A stretch of DNA of 64,000 bases from an uncultured Spirochaetota bacterium (GTDB lineage Bacteria; Spirochaetota; Spirochaetia; SZUA-6; Fen-1364). The stretch is from the NCBI GenBank assembly GCA_963745235.1, contig CAVUXE010000052.1, forward strand, positions 32,001 to 96,000. The letters run 5' to 3'. The notes beneath the pieces were generated by a model that ran no database searches, was not told where the DNA came from, and worked only from the letters and a program-made list of their open reading frames with translations. This document shows, piece after piece, positions 38,293-48,094 of this stretch; the stretch's first letter is position 1, and every line of letters begins with the position of its first letter. The position numbers were made by a program, and so were the translations under genes.

Positions 38293-39216
38293 TCAGCGGC
38301 CCCGAAGGATTGCCCCGACGCGTGACAGCAGAGACTGAACGCCCTTGAGCACGCGCGAGCTGCCGGAGGAAGAAAGGTCCTCCGCCGCCTCCTCCAGCGT
38401 GAACAGCGGTCCGTAGCGGGCATTCAATTCTCCCCAGTGCTTCCCTATGTACACATACAGGTCGGCTTCCGTCGCGCCGGAGAACCGCGAGAGGAGGCTG
38501 GTCTCACGGATGACGGCAATGATGGGTGAGTAGACCTTGTCGTACCAGGAGACAGCCGCCTCGTCGAAAGGGATCTCTTCGGTCTTGTCCAGGTTGATGT
38601 ACCACTTGTGCTCGCGGATATGGGAAAGGATCTCGTCGTAGCGTCCGACCTCGGTGAACTCCAGTGAGCACCCCGGTCGATGCTTGTCCAGCTTCGTCAC
38701 CTCGAAGAACCTGCGCTTCTCGAACTGGATCACGGCGAGCTTGATCTGGTCCCGCGTCATGTCCGGCGTGAGCGGAATCTCCGAGGAAAGTGAAATGACC
38801 TCCGCGTCAATGAACTCCGCCCCCTGCGTCTTGGCGACGGAGACGCGGTGATTCCCGTCCCGCACGAAATACGCGCCGCCGATCTCGAAAAGCTTGATGG
38901 GGGGAAGGATGATGTTGCGGTAGTGAGCCTCATCGACGCTCATCCACCGGCGCATCAGCTTGTCGTGCCTGGGAAGAAAGGCCTTGTTGAAGTCCCGGTA
39001 GCGCCCCTCGCTCCCCACGATCTTCTCTATGGGGACGGTCTGCATCCCCTTGTAGGTCTCCGATTCAGGGCGAAGCAGCGACCGGATGTCTCCCAGGGAG
39101 AGCATCTCGTCCTTCTGCGGTTTGAGCAGCGCAAGGATGCGCCCCAGGGTCTCCTTCATGCGGGCCCTGCCGAAATCCTGGCGGGTCATCGACGAGTACA
39201 TGCTGCTGCCGCTCAT
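38293..39216 (-). CDS. ParB/sulfiredoxin-like plus DUF4032-type protein
   Basis: IVGSEGRYRDF, LPPIKLF, YFVRDGNHRVSVAK, HIREHKWYIN, WYDKVYSP, TEADLYVYI. Confidence 0.8.
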   Translation of the reverse strand: MSGSSMYSSMTRQDFGRARMKETLGRILALLKPQKDEMLSLGDIRSLLRPESETYKGMQTVPIEKIVGSEGRYRDFNKAFLPRHDKLMRRWMSVDEAHYRNIILPPIKLFEIGGAYFVRDGNHRVSVAKTQGAEFIDAEVISLSSEIPLTPDMTRDQIKLAVIQFEKRRFFEVTKLDKHRPGCSLEFTEVGRYDEILSHIREHKWYINLDKTEEIPFDEAAVSWYDKVYSPIIAVIRETSLLSRFSGATEADLYVYIGKHWGELNARYGPLFTLEEAAEDLSSSGSSRVLKGVQSLLSRVGAILRGR

Positions 39217-39865
39217 CGGGAGACCTCCAGGTTCAACACGGTGTGGTCATACGCGTTGAGCACCGTGGTCCCGGCGTAAGAGGCTTCCCGCGCCGCGTTT
39301 CGGTCGTAGAGATGCACGTGCCCGTGCACCAGGAAAGCGGGGCGGAAGCTCCTGATGAACCAGAGAAAGACCCGAAAGCCCGTATGACAGGGGTCAGGAA
39401 GGTCGTTGATACCGTACGGAGGGGAATGGGTGAGGAGAATGTCGAGGTACCTGCCATGGACGATCCTGTTCCAGATCATCCGGGGGAGCAGCCTCAACAT
39501 GACGAGAAACATTGTGAAATCACTGTACTGGTTGTCTCCCCCATTGTACCAGATGCTCCCTCCCAGCCCCGCGACGATGAGCCCTTTCACCCGCGTGACC
39601 TTCCCCTCCACGTTCGTCGCCCCGACCCCTTTCTGCCATGACGGCGTCTCCTCGAAGGGGTCGTGCCGGTACTCGGCCGGCCCTCCAGGTGATGGTTCCC
39701 GAATACGAAAAGAAGGGGCTTGTTCAGGGTGCTCACGATGAAATCGTAGTACTCCAGTGCGAGATCTCCGGCGCTCAGCACGAGGTCGACATCCGCGAAC
39801 CTGGCTTTCAGGTTCGCGCTGTAGATGACCGGATCTATGTGGTCGGCGATGCAGAGGACCTTCAT
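39213..39865 (-). CDS. Calcineurin-like metallophosphoesterase; frameshift near 39680
   Basis: CIADH, SAGDL, VFGNH in one frame; DILLTHSPP, HTGF, VHGHVH in the next. Confidence 0.87.
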
Positions 39866-40036
39866 CCCGTTGTGCATCCCACTATAGCCAAAGGAGGAGA
39901 GCGCTTCGAATGCGGCCCGGCAGTCGAGTGTTTACATCGCCCCCGGCCATGCCGACCATTGAAGCATGGGGTCCCCCCCGGCGAATATCCGTGCACTTGC
40001 CGACCCGGCGAGGTATACTGGAAAAGGACGGATGAG

Positions 40037-40720
40037 ATGGTGAAGCGTGTCCTGGTAACTGTCGCTGTCCTGCTGGCAGGCCTTCCGGCATTCAGCGCAT
40101 CCACGTTCCTGGAAAAAGGAGAGGCCCTCTTCATCCAGAACCAGCCCCGGGAGGCCGAGCCCCTGCTGGAGAGCGCCCTCGATGACGATCCCTCCAACGA
40201 GAAGATCTATCTCTACCTTGGCATCATCTACCAGCAGCTGGGAGACCTCGACAAGGCCATCGACGTGCTGAAGCGCGGCCTCCCGGTTTCGACCTCGTAC
40301 AAGGACCTCATGTACTACAACATGGGCAACGACATGTTCGCCCGGAAGGACTACGCCCTGGCGGAACAGATGTACTCGGAAGCCATCGGCGTGAACAAGA
40401 ACCTCGCCGACGGCTACCTGAACAGGGCGAATGCCAGGCTTCAACTGCAAAGCTATGACGCGGCCGTGGACGACTACACCGTCTTCCTCCAGCTGCAGCC
40501 CCAGGACCCGCAGAGACCAAAGATCGAAGAGCTGATCCGCCTGCTTCGCCAGATGAAGGAAGCGAAGGTGAAGCAGCAGGAAGACGACATCGCCCGGCAG
40601 AAGGCGCTCATGAATGACGTCATGAGCAGCCTGAACAACGCCGGGGACGACACGAAGAACCTGTCCGTGGAGTCCATCAAGGCAAAGGACGACCCGGTCA
40701 GCGTCGACATCAAGGACTGA
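40037..40720 (+). CDS. Exported TPR protein
   Basis: Signal peptide, YLYLGIIYQQLG, YYNMGN, YLNRANA TPR repeats. Confidence 0.85.
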   Translation: MVKRVLVTVAVLLAGLPAFSASTFLEKGEALFIQNQPREAEPLLESALDDDPSNEKIYLYLGIIYQQLGDLDKAIDVLKRGLPVSTSYKDLMYYNMGNDMFARKDYALAEQMYSEAIGVNKNLADGYLNRANARLQLQSYDAAVDDYTVFLQLQPQDPQRPKIEELIRLLRQMKEAKVKQQEDDIARQKALMNDVMSSLNNAGDDTKNLSVESIKAKDDPVSVDIKD

Positions 40721-40725
40721 AAGAA

Positions 40726-42652
40726 ATGAAAACACCCCTGGCCGGCCGCGACAGCGCCTCAGGAAAAGGCCGCTCGCGGGCCACGCGCGCGGCGAACGAT
40801 CTCCCTCCGCGGCAGCCGGAACAGCGCAGGCGACCGCGGGGTCTCCTCATCGCCGGGATCATCGTCCTGTGCGTCCTGGCAGCGGGGGGGACTTTCCTCG
40901 GGATAACCCTGAAAAAAGCCGCGGACGCCGGCCGCGTCGCCTCCAGCCTGAAGCAGGCCTCGTACTACGAGGGAAAGGGAGAATACGAGGAAGCCCTGAA
41001 GATCCTCAACGGCCTGGACATCGATGACCCCCGGGTGAAGCAGCTCCTGGACGACGTGCTTGCGAAGAAGAAGGCTGCCGATGAGGCCGCCCGGCAGCAG
41101 GAGCTTTCCGCGCTCCTGGCCCAGCAGGAGCAGCTTCGCGCGGGCTTGAACGAGCTGGGGGAAAAGCTGAAGAACCAGCCCCAGAAGATCGTCATCCAGC
41201 CGCCCCCGGAAAAGACCGCCGCTGAGAACGCAACGACCGCGGAGAAAGAGCGCCAGAAAAAGGTCCAGGACCTGCTGCAAAAAGGGCGCCGCGGCCTTCA
41301 ACGCGGGCCGGTACGCGCGAGGCCCGCAAGGATTTCGAGCAGGCAGCCGCTCTGGACCCGGGAAACTCCGACGCCCTCGCCTATGCCGGCCTTTCCTATC
41401 TTCGCGAGGATCCCTCGAATCCCGACGAACGTCCAGAAGGCGGTGGACCTGTCGAACAAGGCCATCGACAAGAACCCCGACAACTGGCTGCCGCACAGGA
41501 CCCTCGGCGAGATCTACGACAGCCGGAAGCTCGCCGACGACGCCATGAGGGAGTACAAGATGGCCGCCCGGCTGAACCCTGACGACGCCGACACCCTGTT
41601 CGCGCTCGGCAAGCTGCAGTACCGCGCAAAGCTGTTCGCCGACGCCCTGAAGTCATTCGACGGGTGCGTGCGCGCTGCGCCCGGATTTCACGTCAGCCCA
41701 TTTCAACAGGGGCATGAGCCTCGTTCAGCTCGGCCAGGGCGCACAGGCCATCGACGCGTTCAAATCGGCGCTGGCAACGAAGAAAGATTTCGCTGACGCC
41801 TACTACATGATCGGAAGCATTCTGGGACAGAAGGGCGACACCGCCGGAGCAGTGGACTACTTCAAGCAGGCCGTGCAGTACGCTCCCGACAACCCGGGCT
41901 TCCTGCGAGAGCTCGGCACCGCGTACATGACGCGGGGAGATTTCAGCAACGCGGAAGGCTCCTACGCGAAGGCTCTTGCCCTGCAGCCTGACAGCGCGAC
42001 GGCCAACTACAACATGGCCTCCGTCAAGATCAAGCTCGGCAAGGCCTCCGAGGCCCTTCCGTACGCGCAGAAAGCGGAGGACAAGGACCCGGATTCGGCC
42101 CCCAGCGCCTACATCCTCGGGCTGGCCAACGAGAAGCTGGGCAACTCGGATGACGCAATCAGGTACTACGGGATGGCCGTCCAGAAGGACCCCAAGTTCA
42201 GCCCCGCGCTCATCAATCTTGGCGGCATCTACGACAGCAAGGGCATGCCTGACCAGGCCTTGAGCTACCTCCAGTCAGCGGTGGAGATTGCCCCGGAATC
42301 CTACGAGGTGCACAACAACCTCGGCAATGTCTTCCTTCACAAGCAGCAGTTCCAGGACAGCATCACGCAGCTGACCAAGGCGCTCTCCCTGAAGCCCGAT
42401 GCGCGCGACACGCAGTACAACCTGGGTCTTGCCTACTCGGCGAACGGCCAGACCACGGAGGCAAAAACCGCGTTCATAGCCGTCCTGCGCCTGGACCCCA
42501 CCTACTGGGACGCGTACCTGAACCTGGCGCGGATATTGGTGAAGGAAGGAAACAACAAGGACGCCCGGGACATCCTGACGAAGCTCATTGCCAAGACCCC
42601 GAAGGCTGACGTGAAACAGGAGGCGCAGAAGCTGCTGGACCAGTTGAAGTAG
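40726..42652 (+). CDS. Membrane-anchored long TPR protein; several apparent indels (41280-41425 and near 41670)
   Basis: N-terminal TM, coiled coil, then continuous TPR repeats across changing frames. Confidence 0.8.
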
Positions 42653-42655
42653 CGC

Positions 42656-44404
42656 TCAGGCCCGGGGCGGCCTGTCCACGAGCTTTCGAAGGCTCTCCTC
42701 CGACAGCTCGTGCCAGATAGGCCTCCCGTGCGGGCAGCGCGGGACAGGCAGACGCAAAGCCTGGGCGCAGAGCTCGCGCGCGGTCACCGGGTCCACGACG
42801 TCTCCGTCCTTGATGGCCAGCCTGCATGCCGCCGTTGCTCGAAGAGACGAGCGCCACTCCTCTCCGCCGGCGCCGCGCACCAGCTCCACTAGGACCTCTT
42901 CGCGAAGGGAGCGAAAGTCATCTGCCAATGCCGCTATCTCGTAGGAACGGGATCCCACGCGCCGGACTTCTATGCCAAGGCCTGCCAGCTCCTCCTGAAT
43001 GCGCTCGAGGCGGACGCCCTCCTCCTCCGAGACATCGAAAGAAAGCGGGAAAAGCATTTCCTGCATTCGTGGCGCGGTCCCTGCAAGCCGCTCGAAGATG
43101 ATCCGCTCGTGCGCCGCGTGCTGATCCAGGATCAGCAGGCGGCCGGAAACCTCGAACACCAGGAACACGCCGAACACCTGGCCCAGGAATCGAATGTCCG
43201 GCCCTTCTTCCAGTCTCTGCGGCGCACCACCCTCCCGGGGAACAAAAGGAAGAGTCTGTCCGGGAGCGTAGGACGGAGGATACACGGGCGTGTTCGGTTG
43301 GCCGGGTGCCGGGGCCTGGGTTCGCGCGGATGACGGCACGGGATTGCCCGCCGGCGGCAGGCCAGCGTGAGCTTGACCCGCCAGGGCTGCATGGGCTTGC
43401 CCTGCCAGCCCCGCGCGCACCGCGCTCACCACCACCGAGTGGACATCAGCGGGGTTGCGGAACCGGACCTCCTTTTTTGCGGGATGTATATTGAAATCGA
43501 TCAGGCCAGGGTCTATGTCCACGAATACGAATGCAACCGGGAACCAGCCCCCGGGCATGAAGCCGGAAAATCCATACTCGACCGCCTGCATCAGGGAAAA
43601 CTCCGACACCCTGCGGCGGTTCACGAAGACCTGGACGAGCTTCCTGTCCCTGCGGCGCAGCTCGGGCCGACCCGCAACGACTTCAACCCTGAACCCGTTC
43701 CCTTCAGCCGAAGATGACACGAGCATGCGCGCATCCAGCCGCTGGGAGTAGCACAGCGAGATTCGGTCCATCGCGTTCGCCGGCGGGAGGGAGAGTCTCG
43801 CTTCCGTGTCATTGAACAGGCGGAAAGAAACAGCAGGGTGAGACACCGCCCGATCCACAAAGACAGCTCTGCACATCGCGGACTCCGCCGAAGCGCTTCG
43901 AAGGAACTTCCTTCGAGCGGGGAAATTGTAGAATAGCTCCGCGACGTCCACCACTGTCCCTTTTCGCCCCGGGCAGGCTTCTCCTCCCTGGAGCGCGCCT
44001 CCGAGGACCTCCAGCCGGTACGCAGGCTGGTCCGCAGCCGGGCAGCTCGTGATGGAAAGCCTGCTGCAGATGGCGATGCTGGACAGCGCCTCTCCTCGAA
44101 ATCCAAGGGTCGACACCCGCAGCAGGTCGTCTTCCGATTCGATCTTCGACGTCGCATGGGGCTTCCAGCACACCTGGAGGTCTTCCCGGCTCATGCCCGC
44201 TCCGTCATCCACCACGCGAACGCGGGCAAGGCCGCCCGCCTCCAGAAATACGTCAATCGAAGCGGCTCCCGAATCGACGGAGTTGTCCAGCAGCTCGCGG
44301 ACAATGGACTGCGGCCGGTCGATGACCTCGCCGGCCGCTATCTTTCGGGTTACCTCGTCCCGGAGGATCCTGATCCTCCGGGAACGAAGCTGGGAGTCGC
44401 TCAT
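42656..44404 (-). CDS. mutL: DNA mismatch repair protein MutL
   Basis: IAAGEVIDRP, ELLDNSVDSGA, HATSKI, LGFRGEALSSI, DFNIHPAKKEVRF; endonuclease motifs DQHAAHERIIFE, ACR, CPHGRP. Confidence 0.97.
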   Translation of the reverse strand: MSDSQLRSRRIRILRDEVTRKIAAGEVIDRPQSIVRELLDNSVDSGAASIDVFLEAGGLARVRVVDDGAGMSREDLQVCWKPHATSKIESEDDLLRVSTLGFRGEALSSIAICSRLSITSCPAADQPAYRLEVLGGALQGGEACPGRKGTVVDVAELFYNFPARRKFLRSASAESAMCRAVFVDRAVSHPAVSFRLFNDTEARLSLPPANAMDRISLCYSQRLDARMLVSSSAEGNGFRVEVVAGRPELRRRDRKLVQVFVNRRRVSEFSLMQAVEYGFSGFMPGGWFPVAFVFVDIDPGLIDFNIHPAKKEVRFRNPADVHSVVVSAVRAGLAGQAHAALAGQAHAGLPPAGNPVPSSARTQAPAPGQPNTPVYPPSYAPGQTLPFVPREGGAPQRLEEGPDIRFLGQVFGVFLVFEVSGRLLILDQHAAHERIIFERLAGTAPRMQEMLFPLSFDVSEEEGVRLERIQEELAGLGIEVRRVGSRSYEIAALADDFRSLREEVLVELVRGAGGEEWRSSLRATAACRLAIKDGDVVDPVTARELCAQALRLPVPRCPHGRPIWHELSEESLRKLVDRPPRA

Positions 44405-44409
44405 CCCGC

Positions 44410-46665
44410 CTACAACTGGATCGACGTGGTTATCGAAACGGAGGTCGCCATGTCGGGCAGGGTGTTCCCCGGCGAATAGTGCAGCGTGCCATCCGGGTTG
44501 AGCACGGGTGTGATTGTGTACAGAAGAGAGAGCTCCATGATAGGGCTCACCGGGTAGTTGATCTGCGCCGTGATGTCCGTGTTCGCATTGAAGAACGCGT
44601 CATTCAAAGTGGACGGGATGTTGTTCCCCGAGAACAGGCTTGTGCGTTCGTACGAAACTGATCCCCAGATCTTCACGACTGGTATGGCACCCTTTTCTAT
44701 CTCGAAGCTCGCGATAAAGTGGTCCGGGTTGTTCGGGTCAGGCCCCCAAGAACCGCTGGATGAGTTGATGGTCCATGGCCAGAAGTAGCCCACTCTCAAC
44801 GCGAAGACCTTGCTCAGCTTGAACCCGCCCTCTCCGTAAATGCCCATGTTGTAGTTGTTGAACAGGGGGCTGGAAGGATTCTGGAGATAGCTCAGGACGT
44901 TCAAGACGTAGGCGGACCTGTTTCGCTCGTAGCCAGTGTCATAGAGCTGCGGCTGGAAGGTCCCGGTGAAATACCGGTACTCGAGCCTCCACGTGAGGTC
45001 CGCAGTGATCAGGTTGCCGAAGAATCCAGCGGCAGTGCCCCAGTTCTTCAAGGCGATTGTGGACGAAGGGCTCCAGACCGCGTCCGTTGCGAACCCCTGT
45101 GCTATCCAGGGGTAGGTCGGAGTGGTCGAACGGAAATACGGGAGCATGAGCGCTCCGTCAGTGAAGAACACGAGCCCGAAGGCGTCGCTCTCCACGAAAG
45201 GCAGATCCAGGTCTATCCCCGGGTCGATGAAGATGGGGTACCCTGCCGCTGCCGGGCCCACCGCTCCCGTGGACGGATCATAGAAATCCCGTGCCGGGTT
45301 CAGGTCCACGATCGCGGAAAATCCGATGGCTCCGCGGAAGCCCGGGATGGGCCGCACGTAGAGCCGGCCGCCCAGGATGTCCGGGGGATAGACGGAGCCG
45401 TTGACGATGGTGGGGACGGCGTCATTGACCATTGCCTCGAAACCACCCCCGCCGAAATCCGCCCCGATGTTGACCCCGACTCGACGAACCACGGGGAAGT
45501 CCCCGTCGTTGGAGAAATCCCGCATGATCAGCCCGTGGCCGATGGTGATGTCCTCCAGGTTGCCCAGCTTGAAGAAAAACGGATCACGCTGCCGTCCGTA
45601 TTCGACGTACTTGAACTTCAGCAGCAGGTCGCGGCTGATGTCTGCAACCACCCTCCCCGGGTCCCCGCCCTGGTCAGTTCCGAAGCTCCACTCGTCGTTG
45701 CCTTGGGGGTGGTACCAGTCCCCGGGGTCCAGCATGTTGTCCTGGTAGATGATGGGCAGGTAGAGCGCCATTTTCAGGTTGCCAACGGTAAAGGTCGGCT
45801 CGAGAACAGCCTTGCCATAGGTCTGCCCGTTGATCGTGACCGAGCCGATCTCGAATCCAAGAATGTCATGCAAGGCAGCAAAGAGATTGTCCATGAATCC
45901 GTTCTGCGCGGGGGCCGGCGGCGTGGCGGGGTTCTGCGCTGCCTGTTGCGCCTGGCTCGCCTGCTCCTGGTCGTAAGCCTTCTCCTGGGACAGCGCGTCA
46001 GCAGGATCCAGCTTGACGAAGTTCATTTCCTGCTGCAGCCCGGAAAGCACATCCTGCGGGATGGGTTCCGGCTTGAAGGACGCGGCAAGAGCGTCAGCGA
46101 AGTCTCCCTGGGGGACATCCAGGGCCTGGCCGGTCTTGATGTCCTGGATCCACCCCGTTCCTTCCAGGGTGTACAGCTTGGAGGTGCTTGCTTCCACGAA
46201 CTCCACCACGATATCGGACCCCCGGACTCCGCAGACCGCGGAGCCCGTCTTTATCTGGTACTTGTCCTTGGTGGAAGCCCTCCCGGCGACCGTGCGCACC
46301 TTGCCGACCCCCAGGGAGAAGATGTCCTGGCCGCTGGTCTCGGTCCGCAAGGCCTCCACGGTAAAGTTGGTGTTCTGGGAGATCTTGATGATGGTTCCGG
46401 TGTGGTTGACCTTCAGCTCCGCCAGGTCGCCTTCACCCGTGACGATGGTCCATCCGGGTTTCAGCTCATCCCCATCCTGGATTCCGGTCACCTCGGTGGT
46501 CTTGCCGGACATCACCCTGAATGTTCCGCTGTTGTCTTCATGATAGGAAAGGGTCACGGAGATCGCGGGAGGCTTTGCGGTTGCGGCAGCGGCCTGCGCC
46601 AGGAGAATGGCGGGCGATGCCAGGAGGGCCGCGAGTGCAAGTGCCGTGGAGAATCTCTTCCTCAT
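44410..46665 (-). CDS. Exported FecR-like domain fused to a predicted outer-membrane beta-barrel
   Basis: Signal peptide; FecR-like TIVTGEGDLAELK...IKTGSAVCGVRGSD...LEGTG; C-terminal aromatic-rich amphipathic strands with KYVEYG..DPFFFKLGNLEDITIGHG. Confidence 0.75.
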   Translation of the reverse strand: MRKRFSTALALAALLASPAILLAQAAAATAKPPAISVTLSYHEDNSGTFRVMSGKTTEVTGIQDGDELKPGWTIVTGEGDLAELKVNHTGTIIKISQNTNFTVEALRTETSGQDIFSLGVGKVRTVAGRASTKDKYQIKTGSAVCGVRGSDIVVEFVEASTSKLYTLEGTGWIQDIKTGQALDVPQGDFADALAASFKPEPIPQDVLSGLQQEMNFVKLDPADALSQEKAYDQEQASQAQQAAQNPATPPAPAQNGFMDNLFAALHDILGFEIGSVTINGQTYGKAVLEPTFTVGNLKMALYLPIIYQDNMLDPGDWYHPQGNDEWSFGTDQGGDPGRVVADISRDLLLKFKYVEYGRQRDPFFFKLGNLEDITIGHGLIMRDFSNDGDFPVVRRVGVNIGADFGGGGFEAMVNDAVPTIVNGSVYPPDILGGRLYVRPIPGFRGAIGFSAIVDLNPARDFYDPSTGAVGPAAAGYPIFIDPGIDLDLPFVESDAFGLVFFTDGALMLPYFRSTTPTYPWIAQGFATDAVWSPSSTIALKNWGTAAGFFGNLITADLTWRLEYRYFTGTFQPQLYDTGYERNRSAYVLNVLSYLQNPSSPLFNNYNMGIYGEGGFKLSKVFALRVGYFWPWTINSSSGSWGPDPNNPDHFIASFEIEKGAIPVVKIWGSVSYERTSLFSGNNIPSTLNDAFFNANTDITAQINYPVSPIMELSLLYTITPVLNPDGTLHYSPGNTLPDMATSVSITTSIQL

Positions 46666-46676
46666 ACAGTCCTCCG

Positions 46677-48026
46677 TCAGAACAGAGCGATGGAGCTCTG
46701 CAGCCCGGACGTGATGATTGTGCTCGGAGACTGCCCCGGCCCCAGGTAGGAGAGCTGGTAGACGAACGAAATGACGGCGGGCCCCGACTTGAAGCTTATC
46801 TGCGCGCCGACCGACCCGTTCTGCTGGCTTACCAGGTCCCCGAGACTCGTTATGGACTGCTTGTCATACGAGAAGCTGAAGAAGAACCCTGGCACGACTC
46901 CCTCCCCGACAGTGAGGCTGGCGCGCAGCTCAGGATCCTGCAGGGACGCGAGGGTGGCTGACGTCTGGAAAGGGCCATCGAGTGTCACCGTGAAGACGAG
47001 CTTGTCACCCAGGAGCGAGGTGCCGGCGCTCACCAGGTATCCGAATGTGGAGCCGGTGACCCCGGAGGTCACGTAGGCATAGTCGGTCTGCCGGGACACA
47101 TCATACAGGGGTCCGAAGTAGTCGGGGATGAAGCTTGCCTGCATGAGCCGAAGCTGGGCGCCATAGGTGAAGATATTAATCAACCTGCCGCTGACTCCCA
47201 GCGCTCCTCCAACATTCAGCGAATTGATGCTGGCGACATCGGTGAAGACGGTCATGGAGGCGACGTCCTTGACGAAAAGCACAGGCACGCGGATGTCACC
47301 GCCGTACACGTAGACCGGCGCCGCCGGCGCCACCGCGGCGGGCTCAGTGCTCGTCTGCAGGGGGTTCGCGGACGCGGTGTCCGTGACGAATGTGCCGCCC
47401 ACCTGCATGTCCTTCAGGATGGAAATGTCGGTCCCGGCAAGCGGGCGAAGGTACAGCCTTCCGCCCAGGACGTCCATGAGAGCCAGGTTGCCCGCGAATG
47501 TCTCGACCCCGAGGTACGGGAAGCTCAGCAGCGCGCCGTCGACATCGGCCTCCAGGCCGAAATGCCTGTCTTGAGGAATGAAGTACATGTTGGTGTAGTC
47601 CCCCGCGATGAAACCGTCACCGAGGGTCACGTCGTCGAAGGACCCGAGCTTGAGGAACAAGGGGTCTCCCTTGAGGCCCCAACGGATGTAGTTGATCTTC
47701 GCAAGGTAGATCTGCAGGAAGGTCTGGAAGGTGGTCGGGACCCAGTCCGCCTGGCGAACGTAGATGGAGTTTCCCGGGCCGGTGAAGTTGTAGTTCAGCG
47801 TTATTGCCAACCCCACGCCGAGCTTTCCGAAAGAAATGTCGGGGAACAGGGAGAGGGACTGGTAGGCCACGGGCTGAGGCTCGTTGAATGTCTGCACACC
47901 AATGCCCAGGCTCATTCCAAAGCCGAGCGTCGGGTTTTCCGTGGAGGTTGCCTGCGAAAATGCCGGCCTCGCTGCCAGGCAGATCAGCAGCAGCGCAAGC
48001 GCGCTGCGCTCCAGGACTTTCACCAT
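46677..48026 (-). CDS. Predicted outer-membrane beta-barrel protein, paralog of the C-terminal domain of the downstream gene
   Basis: AGGAGG RBS, signal peptide, NYIRWG..GDPLFLKLGSFDDVTLGDG, DVLGGRLYLRP, terminal Phe (SSIALF). Confidence 0.75.
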   Translation of the reverse strand: MVKVLERSALALLLICLAARPAFSQATSTENPTLGFGMSLGIGVQTFNEPQPVAYQSLSLFPDISFGKLGVGLAITLNYNFTGPGNSIYVRQADWVPTTFQTFLQIYLAKINYIRWGLKGDPLFLKLGSFDDVTLGDGFIAGDYTNMYFIPQDRHFGLEADVDGALLSFPYLGVETFAGNLALMDVLGGRLYLRPLAGTDISILKDMQVGGTFVTDTASANPLQTSTEPAAVAPAAPVYVYGGDIRVPVLFVKDVASMTVFTDVASINSLNVGGALGVSGRLINIFTYGAQLRLMQASFIPDYFGPLYDVSRQTDYAYVTSGVTGSTFGYLVSAGTSLLGDKLVFTVTLDGPFQTSATLASLQDPELRASLTVGEGVVPGFFFSFSYDKQSITSLGDLVSQQNGSVGAQISFKSGPAVISFVYQLSYLGPGQSPSTIITSGLQSSIALF

Positions 48027-48094
48027 TCGAGCCCTCCTTGTTACCAACGACTAAGTATATCGCCGGACAAGGGGCAAAACTACAGTCGCGGACC

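Noticed and set aside
43355-43410. Short tandem duplication in mutL (LAGQAHA twice)
   Set aside because: It lies in the variable MutL linker; ordinary slippage with no evident functional meaning.
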